In this document: positions 63,109 to 64,000 of the stretch, piece after piece
Layout: each line of letters opens with the position of its first letter
Numbering within the stretch: the first letter of the stretch is position 1
Assembly: GCA_964106915.2 (NCBI GenBank)
Contig: OZ066915.1
Length of the DNA: 64,000 nucleotides
Reading direction: 5' to 3' (one strand)
Source of the DNA: Podarcis gaigeae
Lineage: Eukaryota
Notes under the pieces: generated by a model
Database searches by the model: none
Seen by the model: only the letters and a program-made list of their open reading frames with translations
Told to the model about the DNA's origin: nothing
Made by a program: the position numbers and the translations under genes

Positions 63109-63167
63109 CGCTCAGGATGCGACTGGGGCTCCAGAACGGATCCCACTCGCATCCAGAGGTACCACTG
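63109..63167 (-). mobile_element. One-ended fragment of a pogo/Tigger-type MITE, subfamily E
   Basis: Ends TCGCATCCAGAGGTACCACTG|TA; internal inverted GGATGCGA / TCGCATCC; the other TIR is missing. Confidence 0.85.
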
Positions 63168-64000
63168 TACGTTAGTCTCTACTCACGCACTGTATTGTGT
63201 GCTCACTGAAACCTTATGAATTCTGGCGTGCGGACAGATAATAGTAGGGGAACATGGGACCTATCTATGTTCATCCACTTTTTGTTGCAGTCCGAAGCTC
63301 CAATAAGCATAGGAAATGTGCAGGAACATCAAGCCTGAGTAGAAGCCTGAATATGCAGTACTTCTGTTGCCTTGTCATGCCAGTGAGAGGATCATTTGGT
63401 GAGGAGTGAGGAATGCTTTAATTTCTCAACTATCCACTGCATTGTCATGATACTGCCTTGTGGTAACACTTCCTAGTGACACTTGGTTGAGGAGGAATTG
63501 TTCACTGTTTCTTTCGCCTTTTTACCACTCATGACTGTCATCAGTATTAGATAGTTACTATCCAGTAACTCTGGGATTGTGCAGAATGAAACTTGGTAGT
63601 GCAACTTTACCAAGGTGTGCTTTTGTAATTCCTTTTTACCTTTTGAGACAGGGAAAAAGAAAACTAAGTATTTCCTAGAAAAAGGTTCTTTGTGCAAATT
63701 CAACCCATTTCACTACAGTAGCTATGTCCAATATCAGTAACCAGCTTACCAAGTAGTAAGGTTCAATAAACCTTGCCACAACAGAGCAGCCAGGAAGGAG
63801 GAGTGACTGGATTGTTGTGGCAGCTGATGGGACATCTGAGTTGCCACATGAACGGGTGATATTGTGAGAGCTTATTGAACCCTTTGGTTTGCTTTTATTA
63901 AGTTACAACAATGGAGAGAAAGAGGCAGCCTGTTCTGTTTCACTTCCTGGGGCAAAATAGGAGGGTACTGCCACTGCCCCTTGCCAAAGCCTCACTTACC

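Noticed and set aside
63988-64000. Minus-strand consensus donor (CCTCACTTACC) at the window edge
   Set aside because: Any exon would lie outside the window, so it cannot be evaluated.

Overview
AT-rich, CpG-depleted vertebrate nuclear DNA, almost certainly from a squamate reptile. The Sauria SINE sequence type suggests a lacertid lizard. The window reads as a large intron or intergenic region. No ORF in the track resembles an intact cellular protein; the only clear protein homology is to decayed LINEs (an L1 ORF2 3' end at about 10.1-11.2 kb, a CR1 RT at about 53.6-54.9 kb, and L2 remnants). Recognisable content: three full-length Sauria SINEs with target-site duplications (TSDs), eight TA-flanked pogo/Tigger-type MITEs in about five subfamilies, several hAT-type MITEs, a tRNA-Lys/CR1-tail SINE, a Bov-A-like RTE derivative, a dispersed ~84-bp palindromic repeat, microsatellites and two perfect tandem duplications. 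A few splice-flanked exon candidates and CNE-like unique segments exist but cannot be assigned to a gene by eye. I cannot demonstrate a new biological system. The best leads are the candidate terminal exon with a hairpin-presented AATAAA (7.6-8.2 kb) inside an inverted SINE pair, the subterminal-motif diversification of the MITEs, and the Bov-A-like element. Coordinates were read by hand, and boundaries of old repeats are approximate.
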